The notes under the pieces were generated by a model, which worked only from the letters and a program-made list of their open reading frames with translations, searched no databases and had not been told where the DNA came from. The position numbers were made by a program, and so were the translations under genes. Shown piece after piece: positions 1 to 10,883 of a stretch of DNA of 32,000 bases. Position 1 is the stretch's first letter. Each line of letters begins with the position of its first letter. The DNA is from Polynucleobacter sp. HIN11 (GTDB lineage Bacteria; Pseudomonadota; Gammaproteobacteria; Burkholderiales; Burkholderiaceae), in the NCBI RefSeq assembly GCF_030297675.1, contig NZ_AP028142.1:1764735-1796734 (forward strand), in the 5' to 3' direction.

Positions 1-74
1 ACTACCTCGGCTTCTGAGGCGCTTAACTCCAGGCGCGAGAGCTTCGCTATACGGTGAACTTCATTTATATCCAT
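1..74 (-). CDS. gatC: Asp/Glu-tRNA amidotransferase subunit C, 5' end only (gene runs off the left edge)
   Basis: My reverse-strand translation from the ATG at 74 gives MDINEVHRIAKLSRLELSASEAEV. This matches the conserved GatC N-terminal pattern (V-x-RIA-x-L-x-RLEL). It is divergent from mreB, as is common in Burkholderiales. It is too short to appear in the ORF track. Confidence 0.6.
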   Translation of the reverse strand, partial: MDINEVHRIAKLSRLELSASEAEV

Positions 75-112
75 GGGGTGCTAGAGTATCATTTCATCTT
101 TGAGCTAATTAA

Positions 113-1180
<1,068 letters not shown>

Positions 1181-1203
1181 GCGGCTAAGCGCCGGAGCGG
1201 GCT

Positions 1204-2118
1204 GTGCAATATAGCGCCCCACCACTTTTCAAGCAAGGCATTCCAGCGCTTGCCAAATTAATTGCGTGCCTTGTAATTAGCCTGGCACTGATGATTATTG
1301 ATTTTCAGATCAAATCGCTGGACTTTATTCGCAATCAAGTCAGCGTTGTTCTACGTCCATTGGAGCAGCTAATGCTCCTGCCTGGCTCGATGATTTCAGG
1401 AGGTAGTGACTATTTAACAAGTCGCAGCACGCTTGAAAAAGAAAATGAGGCTCTCAAGTTACGACAAGCAGAACTCTCCCTGCTAGCCAATCAATCCGCA
1501 CTTCTGGCGATTGAAAATCAAAATCTTCGCAGCCTCTTAGATTTACAAAAAAAGGTGGCGTTCAAAACTGTCCCTGTGGAAATTTTATTTAATCCACCCA
1601 ACCCCGTCTCACAACGCGTCGTGATCAATCGGGGTGAAAACCAAGGCCTTCGATTAGGCTCACCCATTGCCAATGACATGGGCATTCTCGGTCAAGTGGT
1701 TCGTCTGTATGACAATTCGGCCGAAGTATCTTTATTGGAAGATCGTGATTTTGCAGTCCCCGTTCTTGTCGCTCGCAATGGGCTTCGCGCTGCGGTGGTT
1801 GGAAGCGGACGTGGTCAATTATTGCAACTCCGTTACTTACCCGTAGCCAGCGATCTGGAAGTGGGCGACATTCTTTTAACGTCAGGGGTTGATGGGGTAT
1901 ATCCCCCAGGGTTTGCGGTGGCAGTAATTACCAAGATCGAGCGCAACCTTGATCAAAACTCAGCAAATGTCTTCTGTAGTCCGATTGCTGAGGTCAATCG
2001 TCACCTCCAAGCACTTGCCTTAATCTACGATCCGCAGTTAGACGCCAAGCCAGCGTCTAACAGTAATGCACCGTCATCGACCGGTCGACGACAAACGCGA
2101 CCAAAGGGCCAGTTATGA
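1204..2118 (+). CDS. mreC: Rod-shape-determining protein MreC
   Basis: 304 aa starting at GTG. It has an N-terminal membrane anchor, a coiled-coil segment and a C-terminal beta domain, and it lies between mreB and mreD. Confidence 0.9.
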   Translation: MQYSAPPLFKQGIPALAKLIACLVISLALMIIDFQIKSLDFIRNQVSVVLRPLEQLMLLPGSMISGGSDYLTSRSTLEKENEALKLRQAELSLLANQSALLAIENQNLRSLLDLQKKVAFKTVPVEILFNPPNPVSQRVVINRGENQGLRLGSPIANDMGILGQVVRLYDNSAEVSLLEDRDFAVPVLVARNGLRAAVVGSGRGQLLQLRYLPVASDLEVGDILLTSGVDGVYPPGFAVAVITKIERNLDQNSANVFCSPIAEVNRHLQALALIYDPQLDAKPASNSNAPSSTGRRQTRPKGQL

Positions 2119-2639
2119 TTGATTATCAGAGCGGCTACATTCTTCGTCCAGTCAAGCCACCCTTCATTTACTTTAGCTTAGTCATCGCGCTGTTGCTGAA
2201 TTTTTTACCGTGGGGCAATCATGCGTGGGTTCCAGACTGGCTCATTATTTGCATTGTATTTTGGAATATTCATCAGCATCGCTTTGTTGGCGTGATTACC
2301 GCATTTGTATTTGGATTGGTGATGGATATTCATAGCGGGGCCTTGCTCGGGGTTCATGCCTTTAGTTACTCTCTGGTGGCATACATTGCAATTGCCTGGC
2401 ATCACCGCATTACTGCTTTGCCTGTGACCACTCAAATCCTGAATGTATTTCCTATCTTTGCTTTAGTGTCTGTTTTTCCAGTCCTTGTGCTTTGGGCTCT
2501 AAATGAGCAAATCTATTGGTGGGGGCTTACAAGCCTTATCCAAGCGGCCATTGAGGCCTTGCTTTGGCCTCTCGCCAGCTATCTTTTGCTCTTGCCGCAA
2601 CGACGACCGATTGATGTCGACCCACATCGACCTCTATAA
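2115..2639 (+). CDS. mreD: Rod-shape-determining protein MreD
   Basis: 174-aa polytopic hydrophobic protein. Its start overlaps the mreC stop by 4 bp, and its operon position is canonical. Confidence 0.85.
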   Translation: MIDYQSGYILRPVKPPFIYFSLVIALLLNFLPWGNHAWVPDWLIICIVFWNIHQHRFVGVITAFVFGLVMDIHSGALLGVHAFSYSLVAYIAIAWHHRITALPVTTQILNVFPIFALVSVFPVLVLWALNEQIYWWGLTSLIQAAIEALLWPLASYLLLLPQRRPIDVDPHRPL

Positions 2640-2644
2640 GCTGC

Positions 2645-4555
2645 ATGTCCTCAATTAAAAAACCCGATCTCTATTCGTTTCAGGAGCGAGCGCGGATCGC
2701 AATCATCTTCGTAGGCGTCTGTTTTGGCTTACTCGTCGTCCGCTTATTTTGGTTACAAATTGTTAGTCACCAGCAATATTCAACGCTTGCTGAGAGTAAT
2801 CGGATTGCGATTGTCCCAGTTCCCGCTAATCGTGGCTTACTGATTGATCGCAATGGCATTGTGATTGGACGTAATTATTCAGCGCTAACGCTAGAGGTGG
2901 ACGCCTCTCAAATTAAAGGAAATGTTGATGATTTAATTAATCAACTATCTGAGATTATTCAGATTAGCCCAAGAGATCGTCGCAACTTTAAGCGCGCCTT
3001 GGAAGATTCTCGAAACATGGGTACTTTTCCATTACGCTCCATGTTGACTGAAGCTGAGATGGCTCGATTTCTAGCAAATCGCTATCGCTTTCCGGGTGTC
3101 GATGTCAGTGCACGTAATTTTCGTGAATACCCATACAACGAATTAGCCTCCCATCTGATTGGATACATTGGGCGAGTCTCACAAAAAGATAAGGAGCGGA
3201 TGCAAAATGAGCTTGAGGCTACGAAAGGCAGTCAAGACCCTTATGCGCTTCAAGGCGCGTTCTTGCCTGGCATTCAATATGTTGGGAAGATTGGCATTGA
3301 ACAAACGTATGAAAGGGTCTTACGCGGCGTTCCAGGCTACGACGAGGTTGAAATCACCGCTGGTGGGAAGCCTGTGCGCACTCTATCAAGTAGGCCATCC
3401 ATCCCTGGCAAAAACGTCATTCTGTCGATTGACATTAAATTGCAAGCCTTGGTTGAACAGCTTTACGGTAACTATCGTGGGGCATTTGTCGCCATTGAAC
3501 CTGAAACGGGCGATATTCTCGCCTTCGTTTCAAAACCGAATTTCAATCCCAATGATTTTGTCGAAGGCATTGATCCTGTGACTTGGAAGGAATTGAATGA
3601 ATCCAAGGAAAAGCCGCTCTATAACCGACCTTTGAAAGGAATTTATCCTCCCGCATCAACCTATAAGCCCTTTATGGCACTCGCGGCCCTTGAGCTCAAT
3701 AAGCGCAAGCCTGAAGATGCGATTGCCGATCCAGGGTTTTTTACATTTGGCAATAATACCTTTCGTGATATTAAGGTGGGTGGTCATGGGATGGTGAATA
3801 TGGAGAAATCTCTAGTGGAGTCTTGCGATACCTACTACTACCTGTTAGCGCGCGACATGGGCGTCAACATGATGCATGATTTTATGAAGCCATTTGGCTT
3901 TGGTCAGCTTACAGGAATTGACCTGGAAGGAGAAGCAAAAGGCGTATTACCGTCGACGGAATGGAAAAAAACTGCTTTTAAGAAGCCTGAACAACAAAAG
4001 TGGTTCGAAGGCGAAACCATCTCACTCGGAATTGGGCAGGGATATAACGCGTTTACGATTTTGCAATTAGCGCACGGACTCGCCAATATGCTCAACTACG
4101 GTGTCGTGATGAAGCCTCACATTGCAAAGGCGATTGAAGATCCATTTACACGCCAAAAAGAACTCACAACACCCAAAGAAAGTTATCGCATTACCCTCAA
4201 ACCCGAAAATGTTGAAATCATCAAAAAGGCAATGGCGGAAACCAATAAAACGGGTACATCAGCAGCATCATTCCGTGGCGCGGCCTACACCTCCGGTGGC
4301 AAAACGGGAACGGCCCAAGTCTTCAGTTTGAACTCAAAAAAGTATAACCATGCCTCAACCCCTGAGTTTCTGCGCGACCATGCTTTATTCGTGGCATACG
4401 CGCCTAACGACAAACCCAAAATTGCCATTGCAATGATCGTTGAAAATGCGGGCTTTGGCTCTACGCAAGCCGCGCCGATTGCTCGTAAAGCACTTGATTA
4501 CTACATCGATGGTAAATGGCCTAAGGAGATTCCGGAATGGAAAAGAGTGCCTTAG
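2645..4555 (+). CDS. mrdA: Penicillin-binding protein 2 (elongasome transpeptidase)
   Basis: 636 aa with an N-terminal TM helix. Transpeptidase motifs are present: STYKPF (SxxK) and GGKTGTAQV (KTG). It is adjacent to rodA. Confidence 0.93.
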   Translation: MSSIKKPDLYSFQERARIAIIFVGVCFGLLVVRLFWLQIVSHQQYSTLAESNRIAIVPVPANRGLLIDRNGIVIGRNYSALTLEVDASQIKGNVDDLINQLSEIIQISPRDRRNFKRALEDSRNMGTFPLRSMLTEAEMARFLANRYRFPGVDVSARNFREYPYNELASHLIGYIGRVSQKDKERMQNELEATKGSQDPYALQGAFLPGIQYVGKIGIEQTYERVLRGVPGYDEVEITAGGKPVRTLSSRPSIPGKNVILSIDIKLQALVEQLYGNYRGAFVAIEPETGDILAFVSKPNFNPNDFVEGIDPVTWKELNESKEKPLYNRPLKGIYPPASTYKPFMALAALELNKRKPEDAIADPGFFTFGNNTFRDIKVGGHGMVNMEKSLVESCDTYYYLLARDMGVNMMHDFMKPFGFGQLTGIDLEGEAKGVLPSTEWKKTAFKKPEQQKWFEGETISLGIGQGYNAFTILQLAHGLANMLNYGVVMKPHIAKAIEDPFTRQKELTTPKESYRITLKPENVEIIKKAMAETNKTGTSAASFRGAAYTSGGKTGTAQVFSLNSKKYNHASTPEFLRDHALFVAYAPNDKPKIAIAMIVENAGFGSTQAAPIARKALDYYIDGKWPKEIPEWKRVP

Positions 4556-5688
4556 TCCGACTCAAATTATTACTCTCGCAAGCCTTTAGTGGTTTTGATC
4601 CTCGTCTGGGCCTCATTTTCTTAGCCCTTGCCCTAATTAGTTTCTTTGTCTTTTTATCGGCAGGCCAGGGAACGCCCGTAGCGCTTATCGATCAGGTCCG
4701 CAACCTGCTAATTGCCTTTGTGATTATGTGGCTGGTTTCACAGATTCCGCCCAAATGGCTAGAGATAGCTGCGATTTGGGTATACGGCATTGGCATTGCT
4801 CTGCTAATTGCTGTTGCTCTTTTTGGATTGGTTAAAAAGGGGGCAAGGCGCTGGATTAATGTTGGTATTGTGATTCAGCCATCCGAGATCATGAAGATCG
4901 CGGTACCGCTGATGCTCGCCTGGTATTTCCAGAAACGCGAGGGCATTCGTTCGGGGTTTGATTATTTAGTGGCAGCGCTATTGTTGGCCTTACCAGTATT
5001 TTTGATTGCCCGTCAACCTGATTTAGGAACCTCTTTGTTGGTGCTTGCCTCTGGCCTTTATGTGATTATTTTGGCGGGCCTTCCTTGGCGTTGGATCATT
5101 CCTGTGGTGGCGATTGGCACAATTGCGATTCTTTTACTAGTTGTATTTAGTGGCAGCATTTGTGCTCCTGACGTCAATTGGCCATTGATTCGGGAGTATC
5201 AAAAAAATAGGGTTTGTACATTGCTAGACCCATCAAGCGATCCCCTTGGAAAGGGCTTTCATACCATTCAGGCCGTCATTGCGGTTGGTGCTGGTGGGTT
5301 TTTTGGCAAAGGCTGGCGCGAAGGAACTCAATCTCATTTGGAGTTTATTCCTGAAAAACATACTGACTTTGTGTTTGCCGTTTTTGCTGAAGAGTTTGGA
5401 TTTCTTGGCAATGTTCTTTTGATCCTACTCTTTTTTGCACTGATTAAGCGTGGCTTGGCGATCTCAGTCAATGCACCTACTTTGTTTACGCGCCTCTTGG
5501 GAGGCGCTATCAGCATGATCTTTTTCACCTATGCCTTTGTCAATATCGGCATGGTCACTGGACTCCTACCCGTAGTAGGCGTCCCCCTCCCGCTCCTTAG
5601 CTATGGCGGCACAGCCCTTGTCACGCTTGGGTTTGGGGCTGGTATCTTGATGAGCATTCATCGCCATCGACGACTCGTACAAAGCTAA
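4537..5688 (+). CDS. rodA: SEDS-family peptidoglycan glycosyltransferase RodA
   Basis: 383-aa polytopic SEDS-like protein (RQPDLGTS, FIPEKHTDF, PLPLLSYGG). It overlaps the mrdA 3' end by 19 bp. Confidence 0.93.
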   Translation: MEKSALVRLKLLLSQAFSGFDPRLGLIFLALALISFFVFLSAGQGTPVALIDQVRNLLIAFVIMWLVSQIPPKWLEIAAIWVYGIGIALLIAVALFGLVKKGARRWINVGIVIQPSEIMKIAVPLMLAWYFQKREGIRSGFDYLVAALLLALPVFLIARQPDLGTSLLVLASGLYVIILAGLPWRWIIPVVAIGTIAILLLVVFSGSICAPDVNWPLIREYQKNRVCTLLDPSSDPLGKGFHTIQAVIAVGAGGFFGKGWREGTQSHLEFIPEKHTDFVFAVFAEEFGFLGNVLLILLFFALIKRGLAISVNAPTLFTRLLGGAISMIFFTYAFVNIGMVTGLLPVVGVPLPLLSYGGTALVTLGFGAGILMSIHRHRRLVQS

Positions 5689-5707
5689 GTAGTAACAAAA
5701 AACGGCA

Positions 5708-5733
5708 ATAAAAAACCCAGCCGAAGCTGGGTT
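5708..5733 (-). terminator. Rho-independent terminator for hupB; possibly also stops rodA read-through
   Basis: Stem CCCAGC (5716-5721), loop CGAA, stem GCTGGG (5726-5731). A6 on the + strand gives a U-tract on the - strand. It lies between the convergent rodA and hupB. Confidence 0.7.
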
Positions 5734-5752
5734 GATAAGAGATTGCTCTCGA

Positions 5753-6037
5753 TTACTTTTTACGCTTATTCACAGCGTCTTTAAATGCCTTGCCAGCAGA
5801 AAACTTCACAGTCTTGGAAGCGGCAATTTTGAGAGGCTCACCAGTTTTTGGATTGCGGCCCATGCGAGCAGCACGTTTGCCAGAAGCAAATGTTCCAAAA
5901 CCAATTAATTGCACCGAGTCACCTTTGGTTACTGCTTTGATGATGTGCTCAATAGCAGAATTCAATGCGTACTCTGCTTTTGCTTTAGAAATCTCGGCAT
6001 CGTCAGCAATTGCTGCGATTAAGTCTGCTTTATTCAA
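5753..6037 (-). CDS. hupB: Histone-like DNA-binding protein HU
   Basis: 94 aa: [11 protein letters not shown]...GFGTF...[14 protein letters not shown], the classic HU/IHF fold signature. TTG start preceded by AAGGAG. Confidence 0.9.
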   Translation of the reverse strand: MNKADLIAAIADDAEISKAKAEYALNSAIEHIIKAVTKGDSVQLIGFGTFASGKRAARMGRNPKTGEPLKIAASKTVKFSAGKAFKDAVNKRKK

Positions 6038-6161
6038 GTGAAGCTCCTTGTTGATTGTTCATTGTGTCGCGCACATGCGCTGACGCAATTGTAAACACAA
6101 AATGTTATAAAAATAAATAATCTTTTGAAAAAAATTGGCCGCGGAGCCTTTTAGGATATGA

Positions 6162-6524
6162 CTAATCCAAAACGACCAAGTCAACGACAAAATACTGGGT
6201 TTCTGCAAAACAATTCGTCGGTAAACCAACGTGCTGCTCATACTGCAATGCAACTTTACGCCCCATATTGGCGTTAATCTTATTGGCAACGGCATCATCA
6301 CGCACCGAAAAGAAGAACTTTTCAGACATGGTTCCTGGCATCGAGACCATCGCTAACTCGCCTTCCCAGGTCTTACAGAGCCAGCCCCGTTTAGAGAACT
6401 TTTGCACATAGCCGGCTCGTTCGCCCTCCGCATAGCTCCAATGAAGCATTAAATAGGTATAGCCGGCAGTTAAAACGCCGCCAATCAGAATTAAAATAAG
6501 GAGTGATCGAAAGAAACGTGCCAT
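6162..6524 (-). CDS. Conserved hypothetical membrane-anchored protein
   Basis: 120-aa ORF with one N-terminal TM helix (FFRSLLILILIGGVLTAGYTYL). I recognise no motif. Confidence 0.55.
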   Translation of the reverse strand: MARFFRSLLILILIGGVLTAGYTYLMLHWSYAEGERAGYVQKFSKRGWLCKTWEGELAMVSMPGTMSEKFFFSVRDDAVANKINANMGRKVALQYEQHVGLPTNCFAETQYFVVDLVVLD

Positions 6525-6584
6525 ATAAGTTACTGAATTAAAAAGCTATCTTACTGGATTAAATTGACCAAAGAGGATGAGTTC

Positions 6585-6980
6585 ATGATGCGCCCCATTA
6601 CAGCTTCGTATTTATTTAGCGTCAGCACCTTGCTTATATTTCCAGGTGTCTCATTGGCCAACACGGGTGAGTCGACTTATCAGCAAGTTTGCGCCAGCTG
6701 TCATACTCCCGGAGTGGCGGGGGCTCCGAGGCTGGGCGACAAAGCAAAATGGGCAAAGCTAATTAAAGAAGGTCAGGTTCAGATTACGGCCCATGGCTAC
6801 GTTGGGGTTCGTGGCATGCCCGCCAAGGGGGGGAAGCCGGATTTGAGCGCCAGTGATTTTGCGGCATCGGTTGTCTATATGGCCAATCAGGCGGGTGCAA
6901 ACTGGAATAATCCAGATGATGCCATGTTGAAAAAAATCGATGCGGAAATCCAACGTCGACAGGCACAGCTTCGTAAATAG
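6585..6980 (+). CDS. Class I c-type cytochrome (cytochrome c5-like), secreted
   Basis: Signal peptide, a single haem-binding CASCH motif and a downstream GMPAKGG (Met ligand context). I prefer the ATG at 6585, which follows AGAGGA, over the TTG at 6564 in the ORF track. Confidence 0.8.
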   Translation: MMRPITASYLFSVSTLLIFPGVSLANTGESTYQQVCASCHTPGVAGAPRLGDKAKWAKLIKEGQVQITAHGYVGVRGMPAKGGKPDLSASDFAASVVYMANQAGANWNNPDDAMLKKIDAEIQRRQAQLRK

Positions 6981-6988
6981 GAATCGGC

Positions 6989-7891
6989 ATGGAGATTCGG
7001 CATAGTATTTTTCTGGTCTTTTTGGGGTCGGCACTATTTATTTATTTTCGGGGTAAGGTACGCTTTGGTCTATTGCGCTCCCTCACTGATTATGTGGTGT
7101 TATTGGCGCCCATCAACACATTGATTTATTTGTTTTCAAAAGTAGGACGTAGCGCCTACCTACCCGTTAATCAATTCCCAGAATTACAGCCCCTAAAAGA
7201 TCGCTGGCAAATCATCCGGGATGAAGCCTTGGCGCTTCAAGATAGCGGGCAAATTCGTCAAGCAACTGGCTATAACGATATTGGCTTTAATTCGTTTTTT
7301 CGTACTGGCTGGAAGCGTTTTTATTTATATTGGTACGGCAAAGATCTCCCGTCGGCCGAAGAGTCCTGCCCCCAAACAGTAGCGCTCCTTAAATCGATCC
7401 CAAGCATCAAAGCGGCTATGTTTGCTTCATTGCCGCCTGGAGCAAAATTGGTTCGCCATCGGGACCCCTATGCCGGATCATTGCGCTACCACTTAGGGCT
7501 TGTAACCCCAAACAGCCCAAAGTGTTTTATTGATGTCGATGGTGAACCCTATTATTGGAAAGATGGCGAAGCGGTTGTATTTGACGAAACCTACATCCAC
7601 TTTGCGGCCAACAATACTGAACATCAACGGATTGTCTTGTTTTGCGATATTGAAAGGCCATTGCATACCAAAATCATGCGAAGCTTTAATCGCTGGTTTG
7701 GTTTACAAGTGATGAGTGCGGCAGCCTCACAAAATGTTGAGGGCGAGTCACTCGGTTTTGTGAATGTTCTCTTTACCTATTTTTATCGGCTGCGGATGCA
7801 GGCCAAAAAGCTGAAGGCCTCACACCGAGGGATCTATTACATTGCTAAGTGGGTGTTAATTATTGGCCTTATTTGGTTGATTTTTTGGTAA
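6989..7891 (+). CDS. Aspartyl/asparaginyl beta-hydroxylase family protein (LpxO-like)
   Basis: 300 aa with N- and C-terminal TM segments and a central Fe(II)/2OG hydroxylase-like block ([24 protein letters not shown]). Confidence 0.75.
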   Translation: MEIRHSIFLVFLGSALFIYFRGKVRFGLLRSLTDYVVLLAPINTLIYLFSKVGRSAYLPVNQFPELQPLKDRWQIIRDEALALQDSGQIRQATGYNDIGFNSFFRTGWKRFYLYWYGKDLPSAEESCPQTVALLKSIPSIKAAMFASLPPGAKLVRHRDPYAGSLRYHLGLVTPNSPKCFIDVDGEPYYWKDGEAVVFDETYIHFAANNTEHQRIVLFCDIERPLHTKIMRSFNRWFGLQVMSAAASQNVEGESLGFVNVLFTYFYRLRMQAKKLKASHRGIYYIAKWVLIIGLIWLIFW

Positions 7892-8619
7892 TGGAAAAAA
7901 TTCGGGTTTCTAAACTACTATCCGAACGTGGTTTGTGTTCAAGGCGGGAAGCAGATGCTTATATTGAACAGGGACTGGTAACCGTTGACGGAGAGGTTGT
8001 TCAAGAATTAGGTACGCGAGCCTTTCGGCATCAAACGATTGAGTTACGCTCTGGCGCTAAACGCCAACAAGAGCAACGCCTCACGATTTTGCTTAATAAG
8101 CCAGTAGGCTATATTTCGCACTTAGATGATGAAGGGCAATATAAGCCAGCAGCGTCCCTCATCGTCCCTGAAAATCAATATGCGAACGCACCTCAACGAA
8201 CCGAGCGCACCATCTTTAAAAGTCTCGCCCCTGCTGGACGGCTTGATATTGATTCCTCAGGTTTATTAGTACTTACCCAAGATGGGCGGATTGCCAAGCT
8301 ATTAATCGGCGAGGATAGCCCGATTGAAAAAGAGTATCTGGTTCGTGTCAGCGGCAAATTGTCGGATACGGGTTTGCGCTCTTTGCAGCATGGGCTATCG
8401 CTTGATGGTAAGGCACTAAAACCAGCCAAAGTAAGTTGGCAAAATGAAGATCAACTTCGTTTTGTATTACGGGAAGGTCGTAAACGACAAATTCGTCGCA
8501 TGTGTGAGCTCGTTGGGCTCACTGTTGTTGGTCTAAAACGAATCCGCATTGGCCAAATAAGTCTCGGATCACTGCCAAGCGGGCAGTGGCGCATCTTAGG
8601 CAAAGAAGAGCGCTTTTAG
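7891..8619 (+). CDS. RsuA/RluF-family pseudouridine synthase with S4 domain
   Basis: S4 RNA-binding N-terminus ([30 protein letters not shown]) and a catalytic [18 protein letters not shown] motif. The ATG at 7891 overlaps the upstream stop (TAATG); the ORF-track start at 7849 is probably too early. Confidence 0.85.
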   Translation: MEKIRVSKLLSERGLCSRREADAYIEQGLVTVDGEVVQELGTRAFRHQTIELRSGAKRQQEQRLTILLNKPVGYISHLDDEGQYKPAASLIVPENQYANAPQRTERTIFKSLAPAGRLDIDSSGLLVLTQDGRIAKLLIGEDSPIEKEYLVRVSGKLSDTGLRSLQHGLSLDGKALKPAKVSWQNEDQLRFVLREGRKRQIRRMCELVGLTVVGLKRIRIGQISLGSLPSGQWRILGKEERF

Positions 8620-8909
8620 ACCACCAGGGGGAAAAGTGTCAATTGCATTGCTCGCTCACGCACTGGAAGCAATGCTGCGTATTCAGGGCTGCCGGCCCAG
8701 CGCTTTGCATCCTCTAGACTTGAAAAACTAAGCTCAACAAACGTATCAAAAGCTGCGGCGTTTAACTCGTTCCAAAACGGTTTCTCGCAAACTCCTCTGC
8801 GTAAAATCTTGCCGCCATACAGCTCGACCGTTGCACTAACCTGGGCTCGATAATCATCAAAGTCTTTAGGGCTCTGTGTTTTAAATATTCCGATGACATG
8901 AACGCTCAT
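8616..8909 (-). CDS. DUF1330-like small protein
   Basis: 97 aa. Size and sequence are reminiscent of DUF1330 dimeric alpha-beta barrel proteins, from memory only. It overlaps the synthase stop convergently by 4 bp. Confidence 0.6.
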   Translation of the reverse strand: MSVHVIGIFKTQSPKDFDDYRAQVSATVELYGGKILRRGVCEKPFWNELNAAAFDTFVELSFSSLEDAKRWAGSPEYAALLPVRERAMQLTLFPLVV

Positions 8910-8917
8910 GACTGTCC

Positions 8918-9574
8918 TTAACTAATTAACTGTGCATGATATCGATCATGCAGCTCTTGGGGACCAGAGATACTAGTATGAAGGTCTTTAAGTAAGCCGT
9001 CATGCAATCGATAAATACATCCATGAATTGAAATAGTCTGTCCTTTTGCCCAAGCATCTTGCACAATATTAGTTTGTCCAATATTGATTACTTGCTCTAA
9101 TACATTAAGCTCACAAAGACGATCTAACCGAGCATTCTCCTCCTCAATGGCACAAAGCTCATGATGATGCTTATCGTGCACATCTTTAATGTGTCGAATC
9201 CAGTTATCGGCGATTCCAATGCGGGTGTTATTCATGGCAGCAGCAATTCCTGAACAACCGTAATGGCCAACCACAATAATATGCTTAACTTTTAGGCGAT
9301 CAATTGCGAATTGAATGACCGACAGCGCATTGAAATCGGTATGAACGACAATGTTCGCGATGTTGCGATGAACAAATACCTCACCAGGCTTAAGTCCGAC
9401 GATTTGATTGGCGGGAACCCGCGAATCCGAGCATCCAATCCATAAATACTCAGGATTTTGCTGATCAACCAATCGTGAAAAATAATCTGGATCTGCTTTT
9501 GTCACCGATTCGATCCACTGGCGATTTTGCTCAAACAATCGCTCAAGATCGGGCTTTGAATTGTGATTACCCAT
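8918..9574 (-). CDS. can: Beta-class carbonic anhydrase
   Basis: 218 aa with the zinc-ligand motifs CSDSRVP and GHYGCSG. Confidence 0.9.
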   Translation of the reverse strand: MGNHNSKPDLERLFEQNRQWIESVTKADPDYFSRLVDQQNPEYLWIGCSDSRVPANQIVGLKPGEVFVHRNIANIVVHTDFNALSVIQFAIDRLKVKHIIVVGHYGCSGIAAAMNNTRIGIADNWIRHIKDVHDKHHHELCAIEEENARLDRLCELNVLEQVINIGQTNIVQDAWAKGQTISIHGCIYRLHDGLLKDLHTSISGPQELHDRYHAQLIS

Positions 9575-9648
9575 TTTTATACCTTTGGTGGCAATGAAGT
9601 CTAATATACAAGATCTTGTTATTCCCTCATATATATGTCAATGAAGTT

Positions 9649-10476
9649 ATGAGAATTTGTAGAACTTTATTCTGTGTATTTTCTTTTTTGTTTACTCAGT
9701 GCAGCTTTGCTCAAGATGAAGATACTGCGGGAGAACCAGATAATCTCTTAAGACTAAAAACTGATTCGTTTAATTACAGCAAGGATTCGATTTTAGAGTT
9801 ATGGGTTTATCAAAATGGATATGGTGATGGCAATCTGAGCGATATTTATCGACTTCGATTCTATCAACCACTATCGATTAATCAATGGAAGGGCATGATG
9901 CGGATTGACACTGCCTACAACTCCACTTGGGGGCCAGCAGCCCCGGGTCAAAGTAGTGGTCAATTTAGTGCAGGTAATACGATGCTCACCATCTGGGGTA
10001 TGCCACCTGATTTTTTCCCCAAATGGAATCTAAACCTAGGCGGTCGAATTATTTTTCCGTTTGGTAATAATGGCCAGTGGGCGGTTGGCCCACAAGTGAG
10101 CGCATCATTTGTGCCGCAATCGCCTAGTCAATCTCTACTATCTGATTTTTCTCCGCTTGTTCGCTACATGTATGGATTTGATAGCAAAAATAATTCATTT
10201 GCAGTTAATCCATCGCAACCACCGTTATTGCGATCGCTGCAACTTTTTCCAACCGTAGGCCTGCAATTAACTCCAAGAACTCAAATCCGCTTTTGGGATG
10301 AAAACGGGATTCTGTATAACACCGCAGGTGGTGGTTGGTTTGTACCACTTGATGCGATGGTGACACACTCCATCAGCAAACATCTTTTATTTGCCGTTGG
10401 GGCCAGTAAGCAAGTAGTTCAAACCTTTAAGTCCTATGATTGGTCCATCTATGGAAAGGTTTCCTTGCGATTTTGA
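9649..10476 (+). CDS. Putative outer-membrane beta-barrel protein
   Basis: Signal peptide (MRICRTLFCVFSFLFTQCSFA/QDE), alternating beta-strand-like sequence and a C-terminal ...VSLRF aromatic terminus typical of OMPs. I prefer the start at 9649 over 9616. Confidence 0.55.
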   Translation: MRICRTLFCVFSFLFTQCSFAQDEDTAGEPDNLLRLKTDSFNYSKDSILELWVYQNGYGDGNLSDIYRLRFYQPLSINQWKGMMRIDTAYNSTWGPAAPGQSSGQFSAGNTMLTIWGMPPDFFPKWNLNLGGRIIFPFGNNGQWAVGPQVSASFVPQSPSQSLLSDFSPLVRYMYGFDSKNNSFAVNPSQPPLLRSLQLFPTVGLQLTPRTQIRFWDENGILYNTAGGGWFVPLDAMVTHSISKHLLFAVGASKQVVQTFKSYDWSIYGKVSLRF

Positions 10477-10503
10477 GCAATTTCTCTCTATTTAATGGAT
10501 AAC

Positions 10504-10533
10504 AAAAAACCACCCGAAGGTGGTTTTTGTTTG
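10504..10533. terminator. Bidirectional Rho-independent terminator
   Basis: AAAAAACCACC-CGAA-GGTGGTTTTTGTTT lies between convergent genes. A and T runs flank both sides of the stem. Confidence 0.7.
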
Positions 10534-10545
10534 AAAAAAGAGTGC

Positions 10546-10728
10546 TTAAGCCGCGGCTTTATTACCAGCCCCTAAAAATTCAACAATTTTCTTGGCAGTT
10601 TCAATATAGCGCTCATTCATTTTGCGGTATTGAGCTAATTCAGCCATTAATGGGTTCTCAACCTGCTCAAAAGACGCATCCTCATAACCAGGGTGATACG
10701 GCGCTTCATCAACCAGCTTGCTATTCAT
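10546..10728 (-). CDS. Small hypothetical protein (60 aa)
   Basis: The ORF-track frame is trimmed to the ATG at 10728, which is preceded by GGAGGATCT. No recognisable domain. Confidence 0.4.
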   Translation of the reverse strand: MNSKLVDEAPYHPGYEDASFEQVENPLMAELAQYRKMNERYIETAKKIVEFLGAGNKAAA

Positions 10729-10883
10729 AGATCCTCCAAAAGTAAAAAAATAATTAGATGGAATCAATGTAGCATAGGAAATTACAAAATAAATCTATAT
10801 AAATCAAAAGCTTATGTTATTAGCATTACTTACGGATGGGTTTTTTGTAAGGCCTGTTTCATTTTTCAGCACACCATTTCGTA

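Noticed and set aside
3159-3581. A 140-aa alternative-frame ORF inside mrdA. Similar internal or antisense ORFs appear in the track within mreB, rodA, katG, oxyR, the ZIP gene and others.
   Set aside because: All are nested in or antisense to strongly supported genes, have low-complexity or basic compositions typical of off-frame translation, and lack start signals.
10508-10525. The hairpin AACCACC-CGAA-GGTGGTT is identical to the one at 15366-15383. I considered a dispersed repeat or MITE.
   Set aside because: Both copies sit exactly where terminators are expected and are flanked by A and T runs. The rodA/hupB terminator uses the same CGAA tetraloop design. This is convergent terminator architecture, not a mobile repeat.
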